DNA from: Phoronis australis
Lineage: Eukaryota; Animalia; Phoronida
Assembly (NCBI GenBank): GCA_002633005.1
Contig: NMRA01000022.1
Coordinates: 1,431,366 to 1,495,365 of the forward strand
Direction of reading: 5' to 3'
DNA length: 64,000 bases
This document shows, one piece after another, positions 26,440 to 39,706 of the stretch. Made by a program: the position numbers and the translations under genes. Positions within the stretch are counted from its first letter, which is position 1; every line of letters begins with the position of its first letter. Below the pieces are notes generated by a model. That model was not told the DNA's origin, did no database searches, and saw nothing but the letters and a program-made list of their open reading frames with translations.

Positions 26440-29400
26440 GGAGAATCATTGTAAAGCCCGTGAAAAGTGTGTTTAATGCTGAGAATCACAGTTGTCTAAC
26501 GGTTGACACATCAGAATACTTGGTGAATGAAAAGGACAAATTTTCTGAAGAAAAACGCACCTAATGTCCCATGGTTGCACTGAATGACCTGAAATTTTTG
26601 TATTTCAAATTGAATGAGACGTACCAATCAGACTTGTGAATTTAAAGTGTCTAGCTCAAAGTTTTAGTTTGCACCTAATGACCTTTGACCTGTTTTATCT
26701 GATTGAATGATTCGATTACTTAGAAAAGTAATTTTTTAATTTGTCATGTTGACTTATACCTGTTGGCTTGTACCTGTATGCCGAATTTGAAAAGAATAGC
26801 TTTTTAAATAAAGAAGGAGTAGCATTTTGAAAATTACATGACCTTTGCCCCAAATGATCTCTTCCGGTGCATTATGGAATATGAATATATAATGAATTAA
26901 AATTTATATACCTGCAACCATTTTGGAGTTATTAAGTGTCAAAGTTGGTTGGAAGAAGAATAAGAATAAGAATAAGAATAAGAACTAGAAAGAATATTGT
27001 TACGGCGTGACAATAAGGGACTCTGCGCGTGCGCATTATTGGAATTATTTTGGAAAGTTACGGACAGCAACCCGTTTACCAATATGAAAAGGAATTCTTT
27101 AAAATTGTAGGAGAAATTACATGTTAATATTTTGATGACCTTTCCACTAATTGACCTCTTCCGGTGCATTATGAACCCCGATCAGGGAATAATTGTAAAC
27201 TTGATTTAAAGTGTGACTAATGCTAAGAATCCCAGATGTTTTACTTTAAGCACTTCACAATACAAGATGAATGAATTGGTCAAACTTTCAGGAGAAAAAT
27301 GCACCTAATGACCCATGGGTGCACCAAATGACCTGAAAATTTAGAATTCAAACTCAATCGCATTTAGTAAACAGATACGTAATATTGAAGCTTGTAGCTC
27401 AGAATTTTAGTTTGCACTCAATGACCTTTGGCCTATTTTTTCTGATTGGTTAGGGCTATTGCGTAGTAAAGTAGGGTATTCAATTGGCATGTTGACTTAC
27501 ACCAGTGTGCTGAAATTGCACTAATTGACCGTATCCGGTGCATTATAAGCGTCTTTAGGAGAATTATTGTAAAGACCGTGAAAAGTGTGTTTAATGCTGA
27601 GAATCACACGATTGACACATTAGAATAATTGGTGAATGAGAATGACAAATTTTCAGAAGAAAAATGCACCTAATGACCCCATGTTTGCACTAAATGACCT
27701 GAAACTTTGGATTCCGGATTGAATTACCTGTGCCAATCAGACCTTTGAATTCGAAGTGTCTAGCTCAAAATTTTAGTTTGTACCTAATGACTTTTGACCT
27801 GTTTAACCTGATTGGATTACCCTATTATTCAGAAAAGTAATTTTCTCAATTGTCTTATTGACTTATATCTGTGTACTGAAAAGAATAGCTTTTAAAATAA
27901 AGAAAGAGTAGCATTTTGAAAATTACATGACCTTTGCCCCAAATGACCTTTTCCGGTGCATTAGGGAATATGAATATATAATGAATCAAAATTTATTTAC
28001 TGCCTAAAGTCATATGTTAAATTTGAAGAACATACCTGCAACACGCGCAGAGTAATAAAATCGAAGAAAACCCAGGAACAACAGTACTCTGCGCTTACAC
28101 ACGCCGAGTAATAAGAACTAGATAGATTATTGTCACGGTGTGACAATAATGGACTCTGCGCGTGCGTATTACTGAAATTGCTTTGGGAAGTTACTGGCAG
28201 CAACCCGTTTACCAATATGAAAAGGAATTCTTTAAAATTGTAGGAAAAATTACATGTTAATATTTTGATGACCTTTCTACTAATTCACCTCTTCCGGTGC
28301 ACTATGAACCCAGATCAGGGCATAATTGTAAACTCTATTTAAAGTGTGGTTAATGCTAAGAATCACAGATGTTTTACTTTAAGCACTTCAGAATACAAGA
28401 TGAATGAATTGGTCAAACTTTCAGAAGAAAAATGCACCTAATGAGCCCATGGGTGCACCAAATGACCTGAAAATTTAGAATTCAAACTCAATCGCGTTTA
28501 ATAATTAAATATGTAATTTTTAAGTCACTAGCTCAAAATTTTAGTTTGCACTTAATGACCTTTGACCTATTTTTTCTGAATCGTTAGGCCTATTGCGTAG
28601 TAAAGTAGAGTGTTCACTTGGCATGTTGACTTACACCAGTGTGCTAAAATTGAAAAGAATTCCTTGAAAAACGTAAGATATAACATTTTGAACGGTAGAT
28701 GAACTTTGCTCTTATTGACCCTATCCTGTGCATTATAAGCGTCTTAAGTAGAATTATTGCAAAGCCCATGAAAAATGTGTTTAATGCTGAGAATCACAGT
28801 TGTCTAACGGCTGACACATTAGAATACTTGGTGAATGAAAGGTCAAATTTTCAGAAGAAAAATGCAAATAACGACCCCATGTTTGCTCTAAATGACCTGA
28901 AACTTTGGATTCCGAATTGAATTACCTGTGCCAATCAGATATGTGAATTTGAAGTGTCTAGCTCAAAATTTTAGTTTGCACCTAATGACCTTTGACCTGT
29001 TTAACCTGATTGGATGACCCGATTACTTATAAAAGTAATTTTAGAATAATAGCTTTTAAAATAAAGGAGGAGTAGCATTTTGAAAATTACATGACCTTTG
29101 CACCAAGTGACCTCTTCCGGAGAATTATGGATTATGAATATATAATGAATCAAAATTTATATACTGCCTAAAATCATATGTTAAATTTGAAGATTATTCC
29201 AGTGACCATTTTGGAATTATTGAGGGTCAAAGTTGGTCGGAAGAAGAATAAGAAGAATAAGAATAAGAATAAAATTAAAGAAAAGCCAGGAACAACTGTA
29301 CTCTGCGCTTGCACGCGCAGAGTAATAAAAATACTAAAATTGAAGAAAAACCATCAACAACAGTACTCTGCACTGGCACGCGCAGAGTAATAAAATTGAA

Positions 29401-29447
29401 GAAAACCAGTAACAACAGTACTCTGCGCTTACACACGCAGAGTAATT
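26440..29447 (+). mobile_element. Nested/tandem array of the same HINE-like element (partial 26440-26982; full 26983-28115 and 28116-29326; two extra 3' ends to 29447)
   Basis: Full units begin AACTAGA..TTATTGT..GACAATAA..GGACTCTGCGCGTGC and end in the hairpin ACTCTGCGcttgcaCGCGCAGAGTAAT, whose distal arm is complementary to the 5' subterminal motif. Confidence 0.78.
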
Positions 29448-31134
29448 ATTCAAGCAAAGTAGTCTGAGAAGCGTCCACCATACGATTATAACACGCAGTA
29501 GAAAAACCTTAATTTTTAATTTACACTAATGTATGCGCGCCTGCTTATGCTCGATGGAAGTCATTTTGTGCTGCTGTCCGTTCAAAGATTCTGGTGCAGA
29601 AAAAGATGCTGTTTGGCAATGGTGCCACACTCCTGTCCGGTAGGAACGTTCAAGAATACCACGACTGTTTTCTTTCATCTTAACTTGTGCCGAATGCTCC
29701 AGAAGGGGGAGCAGAACTAAATTAATTTGGATTTTATCATGTCCAGTAATAGTTATCGACTATAATTTCGCAGAACAGCCTTCCCATTTATGAAAATAGG
29801 AAAGTGACATAGCAGGTACTTACATGTAAGAGATTACGTGATAGTTGAACTTAAGAAATTGATTAACTTGCTTATTCGATGTTTTCATGATCGAAAAACA
29901 GAAGTTCATTCCAAAGCAGTTGTTGCAGATCATTAACCCCGTAATTTGAGTATGTGAGCTAGTGACAGAGTACTAAAGACTAAGCAAGCCTCCCTTGTCC
30001 CCTTCAAAAGTAAAAGCTAGCCTAGCAAAATTGTTGTAGCTTCATTGGAGCCCTATCTTTTGAGCATGTGTCAGCTTACCTGATTTGATTGAAGAAAAAA
30101 GTTCGAATGTCTTCGCTAGATTCACCTTGAGTGCACTCATTTTGGCAGAACTGATCCTGAACACTGTTTTGCTATGCTCCATCTTGTTTGGATGTATTCT
30201 GGACTATGGCGAGATCATACATTTTTGAAGTTGTTTCTGAATGGTAGATGTAAATGCAGACAGTGCTTATGGTGTTTTTGCAGTTATTCTGGGGGCGGCG
30301 TTTTTGATCTCATGGTGCGTTAGTTATATAGTTTATGCCGTTGTCTCGGGATAATTCATGATTTAGTAATCCCCCTTTCGGTGGTATTGTTTCCATTGGT
30401 TGTTCTACGTTGGACTACTGTCTGGGCAAATCAGATTTCAAGTATTTCCCGGAGTACTTAAACTTCCGTACAATCACCAGGTGGTTATTCTCTCCTGGGT
30501 TTTCATAAGCACGTGTGTAGATTACCGGGCAGTGTTTTTTGAGGCAAACGCTGTAAGTATGCATTTGGTTACCGTTTCATGTAGATTGAATTATTGTTTT
30601 TGTTGACATAGATTTGCTAGTAGACATCAGTTATACATTGCGTACAAGGTGTAAAGATATCGTAATGGTATAGTTTAGTCAGCTGACTGTTTTTGTAACG
30701 TTTCAGATAACCGATACGATACGATACGATGCGATATAATCACCGATGCAACGATAAACGAAGAACGGTGAAAAATATATTTATCGAGTTATAGACGCCC
30801 CATTTTTACTTATTGCAGCAACGTTCAGAGCAGCAATAGTGGTGTATTTTATTGAGAGTAAATAGTGTCACAACAGTATTCATGATATTTGGCATACCTC
30901 ACAAGCTACAACCTCATGAAAGCGAAATGGCACTTTTGTTCTAAAATACGCAACTGCACTAGAGCTATTTTTTGTGAATTGATATCTGTATGACAATTCT
31001 GTAAAACATTTTAAGTTTGAAGAGTCTTTAAAACTCACATCTGCATCTAAGTAATGATTAGCATACGACTTACTGAACAGCTTCATCAGTGTACTAGTAA
31101 GGGTCCCTACCGGTTGATTTGAAAAATAATCATG

Positions 31135-31270
31135 AGGTCGGCCCGGTGTTCCCCTGTTTCTATGATCCCCCGTTTCAATGTTCCTCAAGCAATGTTCCAT
31201 CGTCTGTTCCTCCGTCTGTTTGTTCTTTCGACCCTATGCTCCTCCGTCCTGATGTTTCCCCTGCCAGTGT
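31135..31270 (+). repeat. Degenerate ~17-bp ATGTTCCCC minisatellite; opposite-strand copy at 34760-35050
   Basis: Repeated atgttcc(c/t)c units. FVLSTLCSS appears in translations of both loci. Confidence 0.6.
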
Positions 31271-32164
31271 TACCTAAACACCCAACCTACCGGGCTTATT
31301 TAGTCACTTTAAACAAAATACAAAAACAGTAACGCACATAAAATTTGATATGTAGCTCAAAATTAAGATATTAAGTGAACAGAAATTTTTTTCATCCATA
31401 AAAGCACCTTCTAAATACCTAGCCAGATCCTTACAAAAACTATTACAAGGTTTGTCTTCAGAACTGCAGAACAGGTCAAAATCTGGGAGAGTAAGTGTGA
31501 TTTTGTCAAATAACAAAACTCTAAATTTTCGTAAAAAGGACAATGGAATAGAAAATGAAATGCATCCTAAAATTACAAAGCAAACAAAGGGACATTACGA
31601 CTTTTACGCGTAGGATTCTAATTCTTGTGGGATAGGATAGGCCTCTTGAAGTCACTACTGAGCTTTAAACAAACCCATAAAACAACAAAATCTGGCGGTT
31701 TTTTGTGAACATATTACAATTCTCGCAGTTGGCTGCTAGACATTTGCTGAAATCAAGCCGGTGTTTTTACCATTTAAGTATTCTTAAAATACTGTGCCAT
31801 TTAAAATGACAGATTTAGCTCAGCGAAAAATCATCTGGCTGCTATTGGAGCAAGTTTGTTCGAATCCGCACTACTGATATTTTATGTAAAATTAATGATC
31901 TCACCGAGAACTCCCTTAAAATGTACACCCAGGTAGTTTATTTTATTATTTTGTCATCTTTAGCTTTTGACGTAAGCTACTGTATGTGACAAGCTAACTT
32001 TCATTCGAAGTAGCCAGCTGAGCTCATATATGATTATACATACAAAATTCTGGGCTGATAACCTGGTCCTGTTCATAGAGCATTACATCATTCATTTAAT
32101 TAAGCCTTTCTAGTTTCGAACTTATGTCGATGATATCACAGTCGGTGAGTTAAAACATTGTACC

Positions 32165-33494
32165 AAATTCTGTGCTTTTGGCTTGAAGTTGAAGATTTTC
32201 TAACAATTAGACTTAGCCTGATTTGTTGAAATAGGCTAAGCGTCCCAAAGACAGATTTCAGGCAAAAGTTAAAAGGCAATAAATTATTCAAGAAAGGGCC
32301 CCCTGATGGCTGCAGGTTAAGTCACTCAAAAGCCACTCAAACTTACCTAAAAATTAAAGATTTTCACGACAACAGCCAATTGGTACCCCAGATTGTATTT
32401 TTGTTCTATAATTTAAGCAAGCGTAATCAAGGTCACATGCCCAATCTCTAACATTCTTGAATCCAGTACTGTGCTTGACACCTGTTGACAAAAGCGGTTC
32501 TAATCGAGGGGGCCTCGCCGGAAGGCGGCCAGAGAGCGGGGACCCCCATATTAATATAGAGGCCGCGCAGGAAGGCGGCCTAAGAGCGAGGCTCCTATAT
32601 TAATATAGAGGGCTTCGCTCAACGGCCGCCTCTGTTCGTCACAAAATAGCTCTTTAGAGCTAATGTTGATTGTGTGTGAAATCTGACTGTAAATGAATTC
32701 TCTTTCCATCCTTTATAACATAGCTCTAGTTCTTTCCTGGTGTAGATGTAACAGTGCTGTCGACCAGTATTCATTCTCATTGGCGAAGAATCTGACTCTT
32801 CAGTTTCCCGGATGTTGGAAAGTAAGTCACAATTACATCGCATTGGATGGATTCACATAATAATATTTTTAGCTTCTTGTTGTTAATAAATACAGTAGAT
32901 CAGATATGGTATTCCGGAAGTAACTAAACCAGGAATTACGACTACAGCTTCTAAAATGCAGACCTGACACCGTTCAATGATATTGTTTTCAGACGGATTG
33001 CAAGCATTGGTTTGATTACAAATGGCTTTTCAGTAACCTAAGTTAGTTTCACATTTTTGTTCGAGGTGCCTCTGCTCACACACCCAAAACGGAAAATCTA
33101 ATTGAGCGACCCTCATTTTATGCAGATTTGTAGTAGGCAAAGAGCAAAATACAAAATTCAAGATTTAAAAACTTCATCGAAAAATTAAAACTGTGGACCA
33201 CCTTTAAAATAGTGCCAATTAACAACCTACAGATCAATCATCTGGACGTTTTCAAGCGTTTTTTCCTACCATCAGTTGGTACAAAGTCAAAGCTCGTGAC
33301 TTGCTAAAACATGCTGAATTGGGCATCACAAAGAGAACACAAACAATAAGACCGTAACACAGACATTGGTTAAAGTAAATAATGAATAATGACATATAAC
33401 ACACTGCGAAATGAAAATAAAAGTAGTGAGCATGCAAGCAGTTGTTTTAGAAGATATATCTACATGTAGCTAAAGGCAAAGACTTGCTATAAGG
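32165..33494 (-). repeat. Inverted composite of PAN-FReD 3'-flank sequences
   Basis: 32633-33494 matches 16185-17053 inverted. 32165-32490 matches ~50410-50790 inverted (e.g. gtcaacaggtgccaagcacagtactggat; caggctaagtctaattgttagaaaatct). Confidence 0.7.
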
Positions 33495-34759
33495 TTTGCC
33501 TAATTTTCATACAATAAGTAAAAACAAGGTCTAAAGAAGGCAGGACGTACAAAATCTTTTTTAAATTTTAACTCTAGTTCGTGGATTCGATCAAATTTAA
33601 GAAGCAATGAAAAACGCCTGTGAATTTTGAAAACAAACTCTAAGCAAACACTAATTTGTGGCAATTTCATAAAACACAATTCCTCATTCTTCAGGTTAAA
33701 TCCAATGAAAGCAGCTCCATGACTTGTGGAAAATGTATGGTAGTTCCAAATACGTCATAGATAATTGATGGTGTACATCATCAGACCCTGTCACTTGTAA
33801 TATTTAAACCAGTCTTGGTTCATGTCTTGTTCTAGTTTCTCGTTAAACCTCAGATTGCTATCATGGACACACCTGGTCCTTTGAAGCATAGACCCTTCTA
33901 TCTGCATTGCATTGTAAGGTGTATACTTTGTTTACTTGGCTACCTCACATAAAATAATCACACAACTGAAGAGTTCTGTGAACCGTCACTCAACCTTCAG
34001 TTCACAGGACAAGAAAAGTTTAAAGTCTTAAAGACTTATAAGCCTTGAAACTCAACCATCAACTGAAAGAAATGATTATTAATTTTAAAACGGATTGATG
34101 GATAGTAGGATTCAGGAAAGAAGAACTTCATACCAAAACAATATTGTGGACCAAAGACGTGAGTAGGGCCAAAATGCTCTATATTTTGGTGTAGATGACC
34201 AGTGATATCGCCCATAGAAAGCAGAGGATAACATGGATCATTTTAAATAAACATGCGCATGGTTCAATTTACCCACAAGACCTCTAATCTATGAGTCAAC
34301 TTAGAGAACCTATGGGACCATCATGCAAAGTCGACACAAATTCAATGTGCCAGGCAGTAGAATTTACTTAAACCTCCCTAGCTAATTGCATGAAAATGAA
34401 CTGGGGAAACCGACAGAATTCTTCGTTAGAGCTATGAAAGGTGAAAGAAACTGGACTTGCCTGTCGTTTTTAACAAATTGTTTTACTCGATTTTCTACAA
34501 GCATTAACAAAATATAATCTTATGGGCCCCACTTGTACATGTAAGACGCAAGCACAAACATGCGGCATATATAATGTCCTTCACTTAAAAATGGGTGACT
34601 GTCTTTTTCGTTACAGTTTCAGCCCACATGCCTTGTAGGCTCATGCACCAGTGGCCCACGTGGCTAGTATGCTCATGCATCAGAGGCGCACGTGCTTAGT
34701 AGTCTCATGCACCAGATGCGAAGAAAAATAACGCCCTTTATGTGCACAAATTTAATTAA

Positions 34760-35050
34760 CTGGTATGGGGAACATCGGGGCGTGGAGAACCTGAAATAGG
34801 AGAGCATAGGAACGGGGGCTCATCGGGACGGAAGAGCATAAGGCCGGGAGAACATCGGAAGAAGAGAACATAGGGTATAGGGTCGGAAGAACATCGGGAC
34901 GGGGGAAAATAGGGCGGAGTAACATAAGACCGAGAGAACATTGAACCGGGGGGGACACCAGGACGAGAGAACGTGGGGACGAGGGAACATCGAGATGGAG
35001 GAACATAGGGTCGAGAGAACAAAGGAACAGAGGAACATGGGAAAGCAGGA
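34760..35050 (-). repeat. ~17-bp GGGGAACATCGG minisatellite
   Basis: More than ten imperfect g(g/a)gaacat(c/a)gg units. Confidence 0.8.
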
Positions 35051-35074
35051 ACACACAGGTTAACACACTTACAC

Positions 35075-35545
35075 ATCGAGATTTCAAAATGTGTAGTAAT
35101 TGACATCTAATTGTTAAAGTTGCATTTACTTGAAATTCTCTGGTTAGAAATGGCTATCCTAAACTATTTTTCAAGTCCTGTGTTGATAGATTCTTACGCA
35201 ATAGGAATGTCCTTAGACCTGTTACTGAAAACCCTGATCACCAAAAACTGCTTTTGAATCTACCTTACTTGGGTGACAATAGTACCGTTTTGAATAAACA
35301 GGTGGGCAGAGTGCTTAACGTCATTGCACCTCGTGATCAATTGTTAACAATACTCAAACCTAATAACAAACTTGATTGACTATCTAAACTTACATTACCG
35401 TTGTCTATTTTTCAAAAAGTCAGGTAGTGTGCCAGAACAAGTGCAATGATTGTGAACATTTTTACATTGGTATGGCAAACAGAATTTTGCGTAATGAGAG
35501 TGAAATAACATTCTGAGGATAACCATAGTGCTGTCCTAAATCATT
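35075..35545 (+). mobile_element. Penelope-like element fragment (RT thumb/linker + GIY-YIG remnant)
   Basis: EILVRNGYPKLFFKSCVDRFL, LNLPYLGDNS and CNDCEHFYIG read in broken frames. Confidence 0.65.
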
Positions 35546-35547
35546 AA

Positions 35548-35673
35548 TTATCCCACATACGTACGAATACTACTGCCATTATCTTATCTCGAATTCATTT
35601 CATCTGGGAATGTCCCAGATGAAATGAATTCGAGATAGGACATCGCAGTAGTATTCCTATGTATGTGTGATAA
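35548..35673. repeat. ~125-bp hairpin (MITE-like)
   Basis: tatctcgaattcatttcatctggga-atg-tcccagatgaaatgaattcgagata core with imperfect outer arms. Confidence 0.85.
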
Positions 35674-36768
35674 CTTATTTATTCCATATATATGGCCTCA
35701 TTCGCATCATCTTTGCTACTATTTTGGCCAAAAAGCAACTTCCAAGTATATCACACCTAGAAGTCTTTACTGTGTTGGCACGCTACTTCTGTCCGGCATG
35801 CATGCTAAGTCAACTCATAAATGGTGCTGCTGATCAAGGCCTCATTTCCTTTGATAAATCTGTTTTGTTTACTTGTCAAGATAATTTTAATTTGAAAATG
35901 CCCCAAAGAAGATTCACTAAAATTACTCAAATTAAAGCACATACATACCACTTTCAAAACATTTATGGCAGACAGCTATTTAAGGGCAAATTGTAGTCAC
36001 AGAACCATACACATGCAATTTTTAAAGTCTTAAAATTAGATCATTTTTATGTGTAGCATTTTTACTGATGAATATATTTCATTAACATTGGTATCTATCA
36101 GATTTTTTCCAGACTTTACACTGTTGATGGCGTGTCAAAAGTGACTTTTTTAAAATCTAGGTGGTGATGTTGGTTTCCGGTCACTTGGACCACTGTAGCC
36201 AGTGTTATGTGGCGTCATCTTATCCCCATGGATTATCTCCTCATACAGCCGACGTTTGGAGAGATGTACAAGTGTAAGGTATATGCGGAGTCCAAAGACA
36301 TTCTCATATCAGGACATACAAGTATTGAAACTTTGACGTTCATCTTGGCTCTTCTGTTGTCGATAATATATTAAAAGGCTGGCTTTTTATTCACAAATTT
36401 ATTTTATGATATCGTTTCACTTTTACGGTAAGCTGTACTAAAGTCTTAGTATTTCCACATTTAATTTGGTACATGTATTTAAGTACCATTTCGATGTAAT
36501 TTGTGCCATGTGTGCACGAAAATCTCAGTACTGACCAATTTTATTATGGACCAATCTCCATTTGAACCAATCTCAGGACAGACGCTATGGTCACCATATC
36601 CAATTACCATGCACCGACTCTAGAGATCTATGGAAATGACAGTGCCTATTATTTAAACATCAGGGCAAGGTCCCGTGATTTATGTGCCCGTTTTCACATT
36701 CAGAAAGTTTGGGAAGATCGCCGACTAGTGGTTAGTTGCTCTTGGGAAACTACATGTAACTTGAATGA

Positions 36769-39706
36769 TGAAATAAATAAGGCAGTTCAAGATTTTAAAA
36801 CCAAAGCCAAACGGGCCACGAGTGAACGCTGGGAGATGTTTTTCAACAACGCTCGAAATGATCGCACTCTTGGGGAGTTTTGGCGCCTCCACAAATGTAT
36901 GAATAAAAGAGAATCTGCCACAACCAACAGGCCCATCAAACTAGCCGACGGAACACTGCTAAAAGCACCCTCCTGCCTATTTAAGCCGATACCTTGAACA
37001 GACTGACCGGAAAAATCTTGAGGAAAGAGTCAAAGTGAAAGACAAAATGCATAGCATCAACAGTGGCACGGCTTGCCCCATCACTTTTACTGTTGAAGAT
37101 ATCAAATCTACACTGTCAAGATCAAAGAACACGGCAGCAGGACCTGATCAAATCGATTACAACATGCTAAGCAGTCTGTCTGACCAGGAGCTACAAGAGT
37201 TGGCCAACATGTACAATGAGCGCCTAAGCATGGGAGAGGTTCATAGTTAGCTTTGCGGTGATACCAAAACCAGGCAAGGATCACACGAAGCTAAATGGTT
37301 ATAGAGTGATCACTATGCAAAATACCGTTGGCAAACTGATGGAGAAAACGGTGGCACAGATCATTGCATACAATCTTGAGGTCTTGAGGGTATTACCTGC
37401 AATTCTTGGTAGCTACAGAAGAGGACAAGATACATGGGCAAACGACGCAATTTTTGCCCAGGACACTTATGGGGCATTTCAGAGGAAGGAGGAAACTATA
37501 GCAGTGGCAATTGATCTTGAGGACGCCTATAACGGGGTATCATACGAAAAACTGATGAACCTGCTGGTCGATTGTCAGCTGGATCTGCATCTCATTAACT
37601 AGGTGGCAAGCGCACTAATGAAACGCACGGTTGCGCTACGACTAGAGCAGTGGGTGTCGAATCCAGATACAATAACTCCTGGGCCCGGTCTCCAATCTTT
37701 TTACTCGAAATGGAACTCGAAATTAGGTTTGGAATTTTCTACTCTACTTTTGGGCGAAATCAAGATACGTGTCTATTATTCTATGCTCGAGTACACAATA
37801 ACTTACGTAGATAATTTATTGCCCTTAGTTCACAGTTTGTAAACCCAATATTAAAGCAATATGTTCGAGTTTGAACTCGAAATTTCGAGTTTTTACTCGA
37901 GTTTGTAGCACAAATATAAGGGTCTTCAAGGGCAAACTTGAACTAGAAACTCCTATGCATAAACTGTAATGTATTCGAGCACAGTCTGATAACCAATTAT
38001 CTTAAGTTCGCACAAAAGGAGTAGAGAAATTGCCAGAAATAGTTTCGAGTTCGTTTCGAGTACAAAGATTAGAGACCGGGCCCTGGACTTCCACAAGGAT
38101 CACCACTGTCACCAGTAATGTACAACATCTGCAAGAGTCGGCTTGTGAATATGACTATATCGGGGGGAAGAATACTAACTTTCGCAGATGATGCTCTTAT
38201 ATATACAGCAGGCACCAACAGAGATGACATGGTTAAGGTTGCAGGAAGGGCTCTGGAGGAGGTCAATGAATGGTGTGATGAATACAATGCAGTTGTGAAC
38301 CCCGCTAAGGCAGCAGCGCTCTGGTGTTCTCTGGATAACCACATATTACGCACAGATCTGACACAAGTGAGAATAGGGAGACAGGAAGTGGAAAGAGTAC
38401 CTAAACTTAAGTACCTGGGGATAACGTTTGACAGAACGCTGAGTTACAAAGAGCATGTGAACCACCTAATTAAGCGATGGGAACATGGACTAGCTGCATT
38501 AAAGACCATGGCTACCTGTAGAGTAGAACAACGACAGCAATTGATTTTCTTCAAGGCGGTAATATTGTCAGTCATTGATTACGGTTTGGGCATCATCACA
38601 GCACCCAAACACAAATGATGAAATTAGAGAGGATACAGAACACTAGGATGCGAATTATCCTTGGATGTACTCAGGACACCCCAATAGCAGCAATGAGATA
38701 CATTCTGGGGCTCTCGAGTGTTGAACAAAGGCACAGACTACCCCAGGTGAAAGCAATGTTCCGGGTGGCTAAAAACGTGAAAGATCCCTTGTATGATCAG
38801 CTGGCTCTACCCAAAGGCACCAGATTAAAGCGTGGCAAATCATGGTTGGAAGCAGCGGGAACCACAGTAGGAAGAGTTTGTGAGCTGGATCCGGTTCGTA
38901 GAGGAGAAGAGTATATGAAGATGGATGACAAAACAACTAGCAGATTCACCAGGGTTGTCATTACTATGGGCTGAGAATGTCGTGAGAGAGCGACTTGTGC
39001 AGTGAAGTTCTCGAGCTGATGTATGAAAATTTTTGTGAGTGAGATGCTGTGGTGTACACTAATGGATCGGTTAAAAGAGGAGAAAGGTCTCTGGATGGGG
39101 CTATGTAGTCAATGTGGATGGCAAAATAGTAGCGGAAAACGGTGAGGCATATAAGCTCACGACATCTAGTATGAAGATGGAGGAGGTTGCTGATGAAAAG
39201 GCACTTGCATGGCTACAGTGAAGCACTCATACCTGCGCAGTTATTTGACAGACTCTCAGAGCATGTTGAAAAAAATGGAAAAGGATGTATCAAACCCGAG
39301 TGGCTGCTGCATTTACAAACCAGTGGACTGAGAAAAGTGGACTTAGATATTCTCCCCTGGGCATGCCGAGGTCGCCGGAAATGAGAAAGCTGACAAGTTA
39401 GCGATGGGAATGCACCAATACAAGGCGCCCTCAGATTGGGAGAGAGTGAGATTCTCGGAGCGCTTAGAGAGGTGGAGCCACAGGAGAATGGGGATGCAAT
39501 TGACATAATGCAGCTGTTTGGATATGAGAGAGGCTGCGGTGTTGATAGCCGGTTGCATGGACTGGCAAGACGACTGTATAATCAGCAGTTGGTTGGAGTG
39601 GTTAGGCAAAGGACCTTGTCTGACTTGATGACGTTGAAAGCCGAGCATCTATGGGTCTGCCCCGAGTGTGACGACGCTGGTTCTGCACCCAAGTAATACC
39701 CAAGTA
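36769..39706 (+). mobile_element. 5'-truncated, degenerate non-LTR retrotransposon with RT and RNase H (I-group-like)
   Basis: RT motifs TAAGPDQI, IPKPGKDH..YRVIT, AIDLEDAY, GLPQGSPLSP, FADD, KYLGITFD. RNase H motifs VYTNGS, TDSQSML, PGHAEVAGNEKADKLA. CCCAAGTA repeat tail. TSD AACTTGAATGA at 36758-36768 and 39707-39717. Confidence 0.9.
37682..38082. mobile_element. 401-bp PIF/Harbinger-type MITE nested in the LINE RT
   Basis: ~40-bp TIRs GGCCCGGTCTCcAATCTTT.. / ..AAAGATTaGAGACCGGGCC and a 3-bp CTG TSD. Removal restores ITPGLPQGS. Confidence 0.88.

Noticed and set aside
29880-30260. Possible LINE ORF1 esterase remnant (YGVNDL on the minus strand)
   Set aside because: A single short motif with no continuous frame; insufficient support.
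34752-35106. Pro/Ser-rich ORFs in three frames
   Set aside because: Translations of a minisatellite.
36587-36997. 136-aa ORF as a host gene
   Set aside because: A chance fusion of upstream flank with the 5'-truncated LINE across the TSD at 36758-36768.
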